Notes: generated by a model from the letters alone, not told the origin. Counted from the first letter of the stretch, positions 27,984-39,057 are shown. The stretch is DNA of 64,000 bases from Myxococcota bacterium (GCA_039208735.1 JBCCQY010000028.1:10595-74594), one strand, 5' to 3'. Numbers and translations: made by a program.

Positions 27984-30900
27984 GTGCTTAGTTCAGCGAG
28001 CACGGAGTCGAAAAACCAAATCCGTTCCAGCCTTTCTCGATGGACCGGATCCCTCCCCGACTCGGAACGCAGTCTGTTCGACCAGTTCGTCGACGAGACC
28101 CTCAACCGTTTGCGCGGGCCGTTCCTCGCGCACCATCCGCCAACGCAAGTGCTGGTCTACCTCGAAGAGGCCTTCCGGTTCGTTCGCGGGCGGGTTCCGG
28201 GCCAGACCCGGGTCGACATCCGGCCCCGCCAGGCCAAGGGCGTCGCGGTGCTGGTTGCGATGGACGATCAGCCCTTCATCGTAGACACGATCCGGCTGTT
28301 CCTAAGGTCGAACCTTGCCGATTACTGGGGCGGCTTCAACCTGGTGTATTCCGCGAATCGGGATGCCGAGGGCCGCCTCGTCGGGGTGGGCCAGCCAGGG
28401 GGGCGCCTCGAGTCGTTGACGATGTTGGAGGCGGATAGTGGCCGACTCGTCGATGACCTTGATCTGTCCCGCCGTACGCTCCAGACGAACCTCGAGCACG
28501 GCCAGGCAATGGTCCAGGACTTCAAGGCGATGACCCGGGCGGTCGAGCGGACCCTCGACAAGTTCGAGCTGATGGCTGACCGCCAACCCGACCGGGCTGA
28601 AGCGCTGCGCGAGACCGCCGCCTTCCTGAAGTGGCTCATGTCCGAGAACTTCGTGTTCATGGGTCTCGACACCAACGCGGGCGAGCCGCTTGGCATCCAG
28701 CGATTGCCTGGGCCCTACCACAACACGCAGGCCGGCGACTGGCCGGTTCCGCACTTCCCCGGAACCGTCTTCGTGCGCAAGGGGCCCATCGAATCGCCGG
28801 TTCACCGGGCCGGACGAATCGACGAAATCTTCATCTCCATCGGACAAGAAGCGATGGAGCAGCAAGAGGTGCAGCTCTTCATCCGCGGCATGTTCACGTA
28901 CCGCGCCGTCACGCAGCCTTCGCGCAACGTCCCCATCCTCCGCAAGGTGCTAGGCGAAATCTTGGTCGAGCAGTCGTCCGAGCCCGGCTCCTTCCGCTAC
29001 AAGGGCATCGCGAACGTCTTCGATAGCTTGCCCACCGAGTTCCTGTTCACCGCGAACAAGCAAGCCATCGCCGAGATGGTCGACCTGGTGTTCGAGGCCG
29101 AGCAGCAGCAGGAAGTGGGCGTTACCTTCATCATGAACACGCCCGAAAGTGCGTTTTGCCTCGTGGCCATGCCCAAGTCGCAGTTCGGTGATGAGTTGAG
29201 GCGCGAACTCGAGCGCGAAATCATCGCCACCACCCATGCGACGTACAGCGACCACGGCCTGTTCATCGGACGCTATGAAACCGTCCTGCTGCACTACTAC
29301 CTCACGGGCGTGACCTACCCCGGTGATGCCGCAGTTCAGCGGCTGACCGAACGCATCCGCCAACTCGCCACGCCGTGGCTGGCCCGCATTTGGGTGTCGC
29401 TGGCCGAGCGCTTCGGCGAGCAACGCGCCGACCGCCTTGCCGATACCTACGGTCGCGCCTTTCCGCCCGAGTGGATTCGCACGATTCCGGTCGAGCGCAC
29501 GGTTCGCGACATCGAGATGCTCGAGCAGCTCTCCGGCGGCGCCTCGGTCAGCGCGGATGTCTTCGAACTCGATGGTGAGGTGTTCCTCCGCATCTACCAG
29601 ACTGCGAACATCGTGTTGTCGCAGCTCCTGCCCGTGCTGTCGAACTTTGGCCTGCGGGTCCTCGATGCCCAGGCCACGCCGGTGACCAGCCGGGGTGGCA
29701 AGCTCCACATCGACACCTTCCGCCTCCCTGGCGACCGGCCGGTGCTCTTGCGTCGCGCGGGTCGGCTGACCGAAGCCATCACCCACGTTCTCGAAGGGCA
29801 GCAGTCCAACGACCGCCTGAACGGCCTTGTGCTCTCCGCTGGGCTTTCATGGACCCAGGTCGATGTTGTGCGAGCGTATGCTCGCTACAGCCGACAATTG
29901 CAAATCAAGGTGTCGCTTCAACGCATGACCGACATCTTGCTTGGGAATCCTGAACTCGTCTGCGCATGCATGGACCTCTTCCACGTCCGGTTCGACCCGG
30001 ATCTGCCGGGCAACCGAACGGCGGCCATCGAGCATGCCGATGAAGTCCTGCGCGACCTCATCCGGCTGATCGTGGCCCACGATGAAGACCTCGTCTTCTC
30101 CGCCCTGCGGGCCCTCATTAAGGCCACGGTGCGTACGAACGCGTACCGCACCGACCGTCCGCACCACTACCTGTCGCTGAAGTTCCGGGGCCGCGACGTC
30201 CGCATGATGGGCAAGCACCCACCCATGTACGAGATCTACGTCCACAGCCGCGACGTTGAAGGCGTGCACCTCCGTTTTGGTGAAATCGCTCGCGGCGGCC
30301 TCCGCTGGTCGGACCGCGACGACTTCCGCACCGAGGTGCTCGGGCTCGTCACGACGCAACAGGTCAAGAACGTCGTCATCGTTCCCACCGGATCCAAGGG
30401 TGGTTTCTTCCTCAAGAATGCACCCAAGGACTGGGGCGAGCGCCGCAAGATGGCGGATCAGCAATACCAAACCTTCATCCGTGGGTTGCTCGACGTCACC
30501 GACAACATCGTCGAGGGACAGCAGGTGGCCCATCCTCGGGTGGTCGTCCACGACGATGACGGGGCGTACCTCGTCGTGGCCGCCGACAAAGGCACCTCGC
30601 ACCTGTCCGACGTCGCCAACCGCATCTCCGAGTCGTACGGCTACTGGCTCGGCGACGCCTTCGCCTCGGGCGGCTCCAACGGCTACGACCACAAGAAGGT
30701 CGGCATCACGGCTCGCGGCGCTTGGGTCCTCGTCCGACGTCACTTCGCCGAGCGAGGGATCAACCCCTATGCCGAGCCGGTCACCGTGATTGGCATCGGC
30801 GACATGGGCGGTGATGTGTTCGGCAACGGGCTTCTCGAAAGCCCACACCTGCGACTCCTTGCCGCGTTTAACCATGCTCACATCTTCCTCGACCCCGATC

Positions 30901-32660
30901 CCGACACGGCGCGGAGCTACGAGGAGCGCAAGCGCCTGTTCGCCACCCAAGGCGGCTGGGACAAGTACGACACCTCGATTCTGTCGCCCGGAGGCGGCGT
31001 GTTCGAACGCCGCGCCAAGAGCATCGAACTGTCGCCAACCCTTCAGACGATGCTGAACCTCGAAGCGGAACAGGCCGAGCCCGAGGAAGTGATTCGAGCC
31101 ATTCTCAAGATGGACGTCGACCTTCTTTGGAACGGTGGGATCGGGACCTTCGTGAAGGCGACGAGCGAGTCGCACGCCATGGTCGACGACCGCAGCAACA
31201 ACGCACTGCGCATCGACGCCTCCGAACTCCAGGCGAACATCGTGGGCGAGGGCGGCAACCTCGGGTTGTCGCAACGCGCACGGATCGAAGCTGCATTGAA
31301 CGGGACGCGGCTCAACACCGATGCCATCGACAACTCGGGTGGCGTCGACATGTCGGACCGCGAGGTCAACCTCAAGGTGTTGCTCAATCGGGTGGTGGCC
31401 CGTGGCGAGCTGACCGTCGAACAGCGCAACCAGCTCCTCGAACAGATGACCGATGAGGTTGCGACCCTCGTGTTGGCCGACAACGATGCGCAAGGCCGCC
31501 AATTGTCGCGCGACATCCTTCGGTCTCGCGACGATATCTTCGGCTTTGGTCGTGCTATCGCGTTTGTCGAGCAGGTCTTCGATCGCCCCCGCACGCACCT
31601 GCAACTGCCCGACGAAAAGGAACTCGAGCGACGGGCGGCCAATGGCCTTGGACTGACGCGGCCCGAACTCGCGGTGCTCTCGGCTTGGGTGAAGATTTAC
31701 GTTGCGCAGGAGCTTCGCGAGCACGCCGAGCGTCTGCCCGGGTTCCGTCAGCTGCTCCACAGCTACTTCCCGGCTCATATTCAGCAGGCCTACCCGCAAG
31801 ACATCGACCAACACCTGTTGGCCACGTCGATCGCAACGACCGTCGCGACCACCCGCATGGTCGCCGACGCTGGCGCGGCCTTTTTCCCGATGGTGATCGA
31901 GTCGACGGGCGCGTCGGTGCCCATGATCGCCGAGGCCTACCTCAAGGCCCAGCGTCTGGCTCAGACCGAAGAAATCCGCGGGACCCTCGAAGAGCTGCGA
32001 GACAGCGTGAAGCTCGGGGCGTTGTACAACGCTTGGGTCGAGGTCGAAGCCGGCGTACGCGAGGTTGCCCTGTACTGGCTGTCGGCGCAGGGTCGCATTC
32101 CCGACGACGCGTTGCTGGGCGAGATGAAGGATGCGGCGGGCCAGGTCTACGAGTTGCAGGCGTCGTCGGTCCTCGAGGCCAACGCAGAAGCGGTAGGGAA
32201 GCTGCTGGCCTCGGACATCCCCGAGCCCGTGGCAAGTCGCGTCATGCGGGCCCGCTACCTCAACATCGCCCTCACGGTCTGGGCAGAGGCCCGACGGGCC
32301 GGTGCCGCCTTCGATGTGACGGCAGTACAGCACCTCGCGATTGGGCGGGCGTCGCGCTTGCAAGAGGTCTTGGACGACCTGGCTCAGCGGCCGGCGGCGG
32401 GACGATGGGAACCTGTTGCGCTCCGCATTCTCCAGGCCCGTTTCCACGCGTTGCTTCAGCAATTGGTTTCTCGGTGCACCATCGACTCCGAGTCACGCTC
32501 CGTCGATCTCCTAGAGACGGAGCTTGCGTCGGGCGTGCTTTCCAATGTGCGCGCGCAGGTCGATGCGATGTGGACCCCGGGTCGAAACCCTACTGTTGCA
32601 TCGCTCCTCGTGCTTGAAGAGCGGGTCAATTCCGCCATCTCGCGGATTGGTGAAGGGTGA
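27984..32660 (+). CDS. Large NAD-specific glutamate dehydrogenase
   Basis: EGVHLR, RGGLRWSDR, VVAADKGT, FASGGS.GYDHK, GDMGGDVFGNG and NTDAIDNSGGVD motifs. Confidence 0.95.
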   Translation: MLSSASTESKNQIRSSLSRWTGSLPDSERSLFDQFVDETLNRLRGPFLAHHPPTQVLVYLEEAFRFVRGRVPGQTRVDIRPRQAKGVAVLVAMDDQPFIVDTIRLFLRSNLADYWGGFNLVYSANRDAEGRLVGVGQPGGRLESLTMLEADSGRLVDDLDLSRRTLQTNLEHGQAMVQDFKAMTRAVERTLDKFELMADRQPDRAEALRETAAFLKWLMSENFVFMGLDTNAGEPLGIQRLPGPYHNTQAGDWPVPHFPGTVFVRKGPIESPVHRAGRIDEIFISIGQEAMEQQEVQLFIRGMFTYRAVTQPSRNVPILRKVLGEILVEQSSEPGSFRYKGIANVFDSLPTEFLFTANKQAIAEMVDLVFEAEQQQEVGVTFIMNTPESAFCLVAMPKSQFGDELRRELEREIIATTHATYSDHGLFIGRYETVLLHYYLTGVTYPGDAAVQRLTERIRQLATPWLARIWVSLAERFGEQRADRLADTYGRAFPPEWIRTIPVERTVRDIEMLEQLSGGASVSADVFELDGEVFLRIYQTANIVLSQLLPVLSNFGLRVLDAQATPVTSRGGKLHIDTFRLPGDRPVLLRRAGRLTEAITHVLEGQQSNDRLNGLVLSAGLSWTQVDVVRAYARYSRQLQIKVSLQRMTDILLGNPELVCACMDLFHVRFDPDLPGNRTAAIEHADEVLRDLIRLIVAHDEDLVFSALRALIKATVRTNAYRTDRPHHYLSLKFRGRDVRMMGKHPPMYEIYVHSRDVEGVHLRFGEIARGGLRWSDRDDFRTEVLGLVTTQQVKNVVIVPTGSKGGFFLKNAPKDWGERRKMADQQYQTFIRGLLDVTDNIVEGQQVAHPRVVVHDDDGAYLVVAADKGTSHLSDVANRISESYGYWLGDAFASGGSNGYDHKKVGITARGAWVLVRRHFAERGINPYAEPVTVIGIGDMGGDVFGNGLLESPHLRLLAAFNHAHIFLDPDPDTARSYEERKRLFATQGGWDKYDTSILSPGGGVFERRAKSIELSPTLQTMLNLEAEQAEPEEVIRAILKMDVDLLWNGGIGTFVKATSESHAMVDDRSNNALRIDASELQANIVGEGGNLGLSQRARIEAALNGTRLNTDAIDNSGGVDMSDREVNLKVLLNRVVARGELTVEQRNQLLEQMTDEVATLVLADNDAQGRQLSRDILRSRDDIFGFGRAIAFVEQVFDRPRTHLQLPDEKELERRAANGLGLTRPELAVLSAWVKIYVAQELREHAERLPGFRQLLHSYFPAHIQQAYPQDIDQHLLATSIATTVATTRMVADAGAAFFPMVIESTGASVPMIAEAYLKAQRLAQTEEIRGTLEELRDSVKLGALYNAWVEVEAGVREVALYWLSAQGRIPDDALLGEMKDAAGQVYELQASSVLEANAEAVGKLLASDIPEPVASRVMRARYLNIALTVWAEARRAGAAFDVTAVQHLAIGRASRLQEVLDDLAQRPAAGRWEPVALRILQARFHALLQQLVSRCTIDSESRSVDLLETELASGVLSNVRAQVDAMWTPGRNPTVASLLVLEERVNSAISRIGEG

Positions 32661-33232
32661 GTCGACTTGCGTTCGTGCGTCATGGCCAATCGTTGGCCAA
32701 CGCACGACGTGTTCACGCGGGCCAAAGCGATGATGATCTATCCCCGCTTGGCATCATCCAGGCTCGTCGCCTGGCCGCGACCCTCGAGGGCTGGACCATC
32801 GACCGCCTCGTGAGTTCGGACCTCAAGCGGGCCGTTCACACGGCGCAGCTGGCCTGGCCGCACGCGACACCACGGCTCGAGACCTACGCCGCCTTGCGCG
32901 AACGCGACATTGGCGAGTGGGAAGGCATCGCCCGAGATTCACCCATCAAGGGACGTCATCCGAACCGGCTCCTCACCTGGGACGAGGGCCCGCCTGGGGG
33001 CGAGAGTCTTCACCAACTCGCAACCCGGGTGATGAAGTGGTTCATCGAGCACGATGATGGTTCGCGCATGCTCATCGTCGTGCATGGGGGCGTCATTCGA
33101 TGCATTCTCGGCTTGCTCGATGACCTGCCCTACGAACACATCGGTGCGTTGAAGATCGCCAATGTGCAGGTCGAGCGGCGCGACGTTTCTCCGGAACGCT
33201 GGAGCCAGCTCGCAACCCGCCTCCGCGTCTAG
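32657..33232 (+). CDS. Histidine phosphatase (phosphoglycerate mutase family)
   Basis: RHG, SSDLKRA, LRE..G.WEG and HGG motifs. Confidence 0.9.
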   Translation: MSRLAFVRHGQSLANARRVHAGQSDDDLSPLGIIQARRLAATLEGWTIDRLVSSDLKRAVHTAQLAWPHATPRLETYAALRERDIGEWEGIARDSPIKGRHPNRLLTWDEGPPGGESLHQLATRVMKWFIEHDDGSRMLIVVHGGVIRCILGLLDDLPYEHIGALKIANVQVERRDVSPERWSQLATRLRV

Positions 33233-33840
33233 GGGTTCCAGCCTTTACCGGGTCGGATGGCCTGGCCCAGTTCGGCCGACGCGGTTTCTCCGAGCACGTC
33301 ATCGAGCTGACGACCGAGGTTCACGACGTAGGCCTCTCCGTCGAGCTTGGCTTCCCGAACCGAGATCTCCCCCTCATCGAGCGACTGCTTCAGTTCCACC
33401 GTGTAGTACAGGCTCTCCACCAACATGTCGTGGGCTTCCTTCAGGGCGGCATCGGACAACCCATGCCGCTCGACGACGCGCTCGAGTTCCACCAGCGTGC
33501 CCTCGGAGGCCTGCTCCACCCACTTGTCGGTCGCTTCCTGCTTTTTCACTGCCTCACGGGTCTCGAGAAGCTCCTCGACGGTCGACCCGACGAGGGCCTC
33601 CACGTCGCCCTCTGCCATCCCTTCCGGCGCCGAGGCCGCCACTGCGGCCGCGACGGCCGCCCGAAGCTCCTGCTGCTCGGCGGACGAACGTGACAAGCGT
33701 TGCGCTTGGCTTGCCACCGCCTCCGCCGGTGCCCCTCGAACCTCAGCTTCAAGGCTTGCGATCTGGCGCTGCTGGAGAACCATCCCGATCGTTAGTAGCA
33801 CGAGTGCGGCAGCATAAATCCCACCCCAAACCTTCGACAT
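33229..33840 (-). CDS. Membrane-anchored coiled-coil hypothetical protein
   Basis: N-terminal TM then helical Glu/Ala-rich region; AGGAGG RBS before ATG 33840. Confidence 0.6.
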   Translation of the reverse strand: MSKVWGGIYAAALVLLTIGMVLQQRQIASLEAEVRGAPAEAVASQAQRLSRSSAEQQELRAAVAAAVAASAPEGMAEGDVEALVGSTVEELLETREAVKKQEATDKWVEQASEGTLVELERVVERHGLSDAALKEAHDMLVESLYYTVELKQSLDEGEISVREAKLDGEAYVVNLGRQLDDVLGETASAELGQAIRPGKGWNP

Positions 33841-33978
33841 GCGTCCTCCTTGGTGCCGAAGGCAGGGTAGCGCTTGGCGAACCCTCGACCAGCCCAGCAA
33901 GTCGACACACACGCCAAATGTCGGTGTTTTCCCTTGGGGATCGGTCTTGGTAAGGAAACGTGGCCAGCGCGCGAGACC

Positions 33979-34419
33979 CTATCGCGAGAGCGTCGGCCGC
34001 TCGCGGACGTGGGAGGCCGCCAATCCCTCCTCATCGGCCAATCGCAGCACGTAGGTCTCTCGGATCACCCGTTCCATCTCATAGGTCGCACCATCCGCGG
34101 TCTCGATCGACCATCCTTCGCCCAAAAACGGCGCTCGGCTCTCTCGGGGGGTGCTCACTTTCAGGAACGCACCGGACTGGCGGTCCTGAAACCAGTACAC
34201 CCCGGCTTGGGCGTGGTGCATGCTGAACACATAGGCATCAAAGGTGCCCCGCTCGGTGTGCAAGGCCAACTGCAAGGCATCACATGGCCGAACGGCTCGG
34301 CGTGCAAGGCACGGATCGGCCACACTCGCCTCGACTCCTGCGTCTTCTAGGGCATCCGTGGCATCACTCGAAACGGGAGCAGCAACCGCTGTAAGCGCCA
34401 ACCCAACCAACGAAACCAT
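33979..34419 (-). CDS. Hypothetical exported protein
   Basis: Signal-peptide-like N-terminus; GGAGG upstream. Confidence 0.5.
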   Translation of the reverse strand: MVSLVGLALTAVAAPVSSDATDALEDAGVEASVADPCLARRAVRPCDALQLALHTERGTFDAYVFSMHHAQAGVYWFQDRQSGAFLKVSTPRESRAPFLGEGWSIETADGATYEMERVIRETYVLRLADEEGLAASHVRERPTLSR

Positions 34420-34516
34420 CTGGGAACCTCCGCAACATCGGATGGTTCCCTCGTCGGGCTTGAAACACTCGCGTTCGACGGCAGAAGGGCTGAGTGCAAC
34501 GACGATGCAACCGGGC

Positions 34517-37500
34517 CTAGGAGCGTCGGCGACGCCCCATCAACAGGCCAAACGCCAACATTCCCAGAGGCCAAGAGGCGCCAAACCCTCCAGTGGAACA
34601 TCCACCATCCACATCCGGCGCAGACCCCCGTTCAGGCAGGTCGTTGGGCTCGCCGTCAGGGTCGCTGGGGTCGTCGGGCTCCTCGACCACAAGGTCCTCG
34701 TCGTCACAATCCTGGTCGACGCCGTCGTTGGGAACCTCAATGCCCTCGGGATTGACGTCCGGATCCGCATCATCGCAGTCTCCGGGCTCGGTCACCGTGC
34801 CGTCGGGCGGGTCACACGCCTCGACCGCTTCACTCCCAAATCCATCGCCGTCCGCGTCGATGTAGAACGTCTGCGCATCGACTGCATCGTCATCGATCGC
34901 GTCGTTGCAATCCTGGTCGATACCGTCACACACCTCGGTCGCGCCGGGGAACACGCCATCGGCGCCATCGTCACAGTCCGACAGGCCCGTGGGTTCAACC
35001 GCGTTGGGGGGCAAGTCGCAGGCCATCACCTCGTTCGCGGCATCACCAAACCCATCGCCATCGACATCCAGCCAAAAGGCCTGCTCGCCGATGGCTCCAG
35101 CCTCTTCCGCGACCGCATCGCAGTCCTCATCCACGTTGGCGGCGTCGCAGACTTCGTCGGCTCCAGGATGGATGTCGTTGCGCAGGTCGTTGCAGTCCCC
35201 ATCGATGTCCACGTGACCGGCGGGGGCCACACACGCCCTCAAGTTTTGGCTCGCGTTGCCATACCCGTCGTTGTCGGCATCGACGTACCAGACCTGGGCA
35301 TCGACGGACTGCGGAGGGTCGACCACGGCGTCGCAATCGTCATCGATCTGGTTGCACACCTCAGCTGCATTCGGGTTCACCGCCATCGAACCGTCGTTGC
35401 AGTCACCGGCTACCGCCACGAAGCCCGTCGGGGCGACACAGGCCCGCTCGGTCGTGCCAAGGTCGCCAAACCCATCGCCGTCCGCATCGCGGAACCACTG
35501 CGGAGCGCCCTGCGACGTCGGCGGATCGACCACGGTGTCGCAGTCATCATCGATCTGGTTGCACAACTCGTCCGCACCTGGATTGATCGCGGTCACCCCG
35601 TCGTTGCAGTCCGTTCCGTCGGCCACCGTTCCGGTCGGGGCGATGCACGCCTGGGTGGAGGACTGGGGGTCACCGTAGCCATCGTTGTCGGCGTCGGTGT
35701 ACCAGGTCGGAAGGTCGACGGGGTTTTCGTCGACGTCCCCGTTGCAGTTGTCGTCGATGGTGTTGCAGCGCTCGTCGGCGTCAGGATTCACATCGCGGTT
35801 GGTGTCGTCGCAGTCCGTTGCATCGGGCACCGCATCGTCGGGTGCAGTGCAGGCCAAGGTCTCAGACCCCGGGTCGCCAAATCCGTCCCCGTCAAGATCG
35901 GCGTAGTAGGGCGTCAAGCCTGGGGTGCCCGGATCGTCGATGACCCCGTTGCAATCGTCGTCGAGGCCATTGCAGGTCTCGGCCGCGCCTGGAAACACGG
36001 TGGCCAGGCTGTCGTCGCAATCCCCGTCGCAGGTCGTGACCCCATCCTGGTCGAGGTCGGAACACGGCCCACCGTTGGGCACCGCTTCCCACGCGTACAG
36101 CCGCAGGTCCGAAAACGTCGCAAACGCATCGACGAGGACCTGGTAGGTCCCGACCCCGGAGGGGTCGAAGGTGCAGCTCTCGCGACTTGTCGGTGAGACC
36201 GAGCGGCAGTCGTAGGTCGTGGTGGTCGGCGTGGTTCCGAGCGAGACGTACAGATCGGCATCGCCGTTATCGCCCACGAGCATGAACCGCACCGCAACCG
36301 CATTGGGGTCCGGGGTGAAGTTGAAGAAGCCCTGCTGGCCCGCGGTCAGTGCGAGCGGCCCCACATCGTCGAACAGCGCATAGGCCGGCGTTCCTGACAC
36401 ATCGACAAGATCCCAGCCATCGGACACGGCGAGCACTTCGGCCCCGGGTCCGAACAGATCGAGCGCCGCTTGCTGTGTGGCCGTCCGAGCCTCGGCGAAG
36501 GTCGTTCGTGGGGTCATGTAGGCGGCCAACGCCTGATACCAAATGTCGCCGGCCTCTTCGATGTTCAACGAAGGGTCCGCCACCCACTCGACGAACGCCC
36601 GATTCGCGATGCCCGACGTCTGGTGAACGTCGAGGTTGGCGTTGTAGTTGAGGTAGCTGTCGATGCTCGTGCCCACCGAGGTAGGGTTCGCCATGTTGCG
36701 GAAGACACCACCGAGGTCTTCGCCTACAAACCACGTGTTGTTCGTGACGACCCAACCGTCGTTCCAAGCCTCAATGACCGCCGCCATGATGTCGGAAGTC
36801 GCTTCGTTGAGGCCCCCAGACTCTTCGGCGTACACGAGATCTGCCGTCGAATCCGTCACCGCATGGGTGAACTCATGGGCCACCACGTCGAGCGACTGCG
36901 AGAAGGGAGCGAGACTCGAGTTGCCCGAATCGCCGTAGCCAAGGATCGTTCCGTCCCAAAAGGCGTTGGTAAAGTTCGGACCGATGTCGACCACCGAAAT
37001 GACGGTAGCGCCTGCGTCATCAAAGCTGTCGCGCTGCTGGAAGGAGTCGTAGTAATCCCAGGCCGTCCCTACAAAGTCGTGAGCATCGTCAACCGATGCG
37101 TCACCGATGGGCGGCGTGAGTTCGGCTCGGTCAGGGACTTTGGCAATCGAGCTGGAACTGTTCGCGTCGTAGGTCTCTCGGTTCCGGGCCGTCTGTAGGT
37201 CGTCGTAGGCAAGCACCACGCGGCCGGACTGCGCATCGACAAAGGCCACGGGCAACCCCGGGTCCGCCGAAGCAAGATCGCGGAGGCCCACCCGCCAGGC
37301 CAAGTGGTCCACGCCCCGTTGACGCAGCACATGCAACGCAACCTCGGCCACGTCGGCGTCACCGCGCTGGGCATGTTCGCGAGCCCGCCGGATGGCTTCG
37401 TCCTCGGTCAACATGGGTTGGACGTCGAGCGTGAGTCCGTGCAGCAGTCGATCGGTGAAGTGCACGGGCGTTCCGTCGGACGGTACGTGCACCACCATCT

Positions 37501-37774
37501 GGCCACCCAGCACCGGAATCCCGCGGTGACGCTGATCGAGTCGAATGTGCGCGGTGCCCTGACGATCCAAGAACGTGCGTCGCGCCTCGACTTCGTCAAT
37601 GTCGTCGAGCCAGCGGCCATTGGCGAGATGGTCTCTGGCGATCGCCTCGACCTGAATGCGAACATCGGCCGCGGTTGCGTCGAAGCGAGGCGTCTTGTCG
37701 AGGCGTTCCTCGGCGCAGCCCCAAAGTGTGGAGAAGGCCAAGGAAACGACGACCAATGACGGCGAATGACGCAC
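34517..37774 (-). CDS. M4 (thermolysin-like) metallopeptidase with propeptide, PPC domain, seven MopE-like repeats and MYXO-CTERM tail
   Basis: NAFW, HEFTH, GGLNEATSD and DVH motifs; GDADLYV PPC domain; DxDGDG...DCDD...PGA.E.C repeats; GGCS-TM-RRRR C-terminus. Confidence 0.9.
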   Translation of the reverse strand: MRHSPSLVVVSLAFSTLWGCAEERLDKTPRFDATAADVRIQVEAIARDHLANGRWLDDIDEVEARRTFLDRQGTAHIRLDQRHRGIPVLGGQMVVHVPSDGTPVHFTDRLLHGLTLDVQPMLTEDEAIRRAREHAQRGDADVAEVALHVLRQRGVDHLAWRVGLRDLASADPGLPVAFVDAQSGRVVLAYDDLQTARNRETYDANSSSSIAKVPDRAELTPPIGDASVDDAHDFVGTAWDYYDSFQQRDSFDDAGATVISVVDIGPNFTNAFWDGTILGYGDSGNSSLAPFSQSLDVVAHEFTHAVTDSTADLVYAEESGGLNEATSDIMAAVIEAWNDGWVVTNNTWFVGEDLGGVFRNMANPTSVGTSIDSYLNYNANLDVHQTSGIANRAFVEWVADPSLNIEEAGDIWYQALAAYMTPRTTFAEARTATQQAALDLFGPGAEVLAVSDGWDLVDVSGTPAYALFDDVGPLALTAGQQGFFNFTPDPNAVAVRFMLVGDNGDADLYVSLGTTPTTTTYDCRSVSPTSRESCTFDPSGVGTYQVLVDAFATFSDLRLYAWEAVPNGGPCSDLDQDGVTTCDGDCDDSLATVFPGAAETCNGLDDDCNGVIDDPGTPGLTPYYADLDGDGFGDPGSETLACTAPDDAVPDATDCDDTNRDVNPDADERCNTIDDNCNGDVDENPVDLPTWYTDADNDGYGDPQSSTQACIAPTGTVADGTDCNDGVTAINPGADELCNQIDDDCDTVVDPPTSQGAPQWFRDADGDGFGDLGTTERACVAPTGFVAVAGDCNDGSMAVNPNAAEVCNQIDDDCDAVVDPPQSVDAQVWYVDADNDGYGNASQNLRACVAPAGHVDIDGDCNDLRNDIHPGADEVCDAANVDEDCDAVAEEAGAIGEQAFWLDVDGDGFGDAANEVMACDLPPNAVEPTGLSDCDDGADGVFPGATEVCDGIDQDCNDAIDDDAVDAQTFYIDADGDGFGSEAVEACDPPDGTVTEPGDCDDADPDVNPEGIEVPNDGVDQDCDDEDLVVEEPDDPSDPDGEPNDLPERGSAPDVDGGCSTGGFGASWPLGMLAFGLLMGRRRRS

Positions 37775-37800
37775 GGGCCCTCCTGATGCGAGCCGGCATC

Positions 37801-39057
37801 TTATTCCTGGACCCGGTCCTCCGCTGGTCTCACGTCGGAAACCCCGATGACGCCTGCCTCTACAAGGCGATCGATGGCGGCCCGATCGAGGGCTAACTCG
37901 TCGGCCAGTACGGACTGGGTGTGCTCTCCCAGTCGGGGAGCCGGTCGAAACGGAGGCGGATCGGGCATACTCGACAACTTCACGGGATTACCTGGCTGTC
38001 GCGACCGCGTACCGTCGGGTCCGGGAACGTCGACGACCATGTGCCGAGCCATCGTCTGGACGTCGGTCAACGCTTCGTCCACTCCGAACACCGGTGCACA
38101 CGGCACCCGCTCGGCGACCAGTCGATCGACCCACACATCACGAGGTTGCTCGAGAAACCGAGCCCGCAACACGTCATCGATCGCCGCTCGATGCTGCTCG
38201 CGGCCCGCTGCCGTCCGGTACTCGGGACGGTCCAGCTCTTGAAACCCGGTCGCGGCGAGAAACCGCGGCCACATCGGGTCGAAGATGACCGCGACCACAA
38301 GCCAACCGTCGGCGGTTGGGTAGGCGTCATAGGGCACGTGGACGGGATGAGCGTTGCCCCGCGGCCCTGGCACTTCTCCCGACAGCGTATGCATCGTGGC
38401 AATGTAGTTGAGCAGCGAAAGCTGCGTGTCGTGCATCGCCAGGTCGACATGTTGGCCTTCGCCGGTGCGATCGCGCGCGCGCAATGCGGCGAGCAGGCCA
38501 ATCACCACCATGAGGCCGCTCGAGAGATCACCGATCGGCAGGCCCGCGCGTAGTGGCACCCCACCCGGTTCCCCAGTGAGGCTCATGCCGCCTCCCATGG
38601 CCTGGGCCACGGCGTCGAACACCACTTGATGGCGACGGGGTCCCGTGGCCCCAAAGCCCGAAATCGCGGCGGTGACGAGACGCGGATTGTGGCCGATCAA
38701 ATCGGCATGGCGTAGTCGCAGCCGCTCGGTGACCTCGACCGAGAAGTTCGACAGCACCACGTCGGTCTTGGCCACCAGACCCTCGAAGAGGCGTCGTCCG
38801 GCTTCGGACTTGAGGTCGAGCGCCACACTGCGCTTGTTTCGATTCAGCGTGGCGAAGTAGGCCCCGAGGCCGTCGACGGTGTAGCGCGGATCGTGCGCCA
38901 GGAGCCGTCGCGTGGGGTCACCCGTCACGGGCTCAACCTTGATGACGTCGGCCCCAAGGTCGGCCAGCAGCTGTGCGGCATACGGTCCGGCGAGCATCTG
39001 GCACAAATCCAGCACCCGTACATCAGAAAGCGCACCTTGCATCAAAAGAACTGCCAT
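37801..39057 (-). CDS. CaiB/BaiF family III CoA-transferase
   Basis: LAGPY...LADLGADVIKVE and NRNKRS..LDLK motifs; true start may be the second Met. Confidence 0.92.
   Translation of the reverse strand: MAVLLMQGALSDVRVLDLCQMLAGPYAAQLLADLGADVIKVEPVTGDPTRRLLAHDPRYTVDGLGAYFATLNRNKRSVALDLKSEAGRRLFEGLVAKTDVVLSNFSVEVTERLRLRHADLIGHNPRLVTAAISGFGATGPRRHQVVFDAVAQAMGGGMSLTGEPGGVPLRAGLPIGDLSSGLMVVIGLLAALRARDRTGEGQHVDLAMHDTQLSLLNYIATMHTLSGEVPGPRGNAHPVHVPYDAYPTADGWLVVAVIFDPMWPRFLAATGFQELDRPEYRTAAGREQHRAAIDDVLRARFLEQPRDVWVDRLVAERVPCAPVFGVDEALTDVQTMARHMVVDVPGPDGTRSRQPGNPVKLSSMPDPPPFRPAPRLGEHTQSVLADELALDRAAIDRLVEAGVIGVSDVRPAEDRVQE

Noticed and set aside
29847..32462. 871 aa antisense ORF, and similar long ORFs such as 34244-36196 and 59439-61139
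   Set aside because: Shadow ORFs opposite well-supported genes, as expected from high GC3 codon bias.
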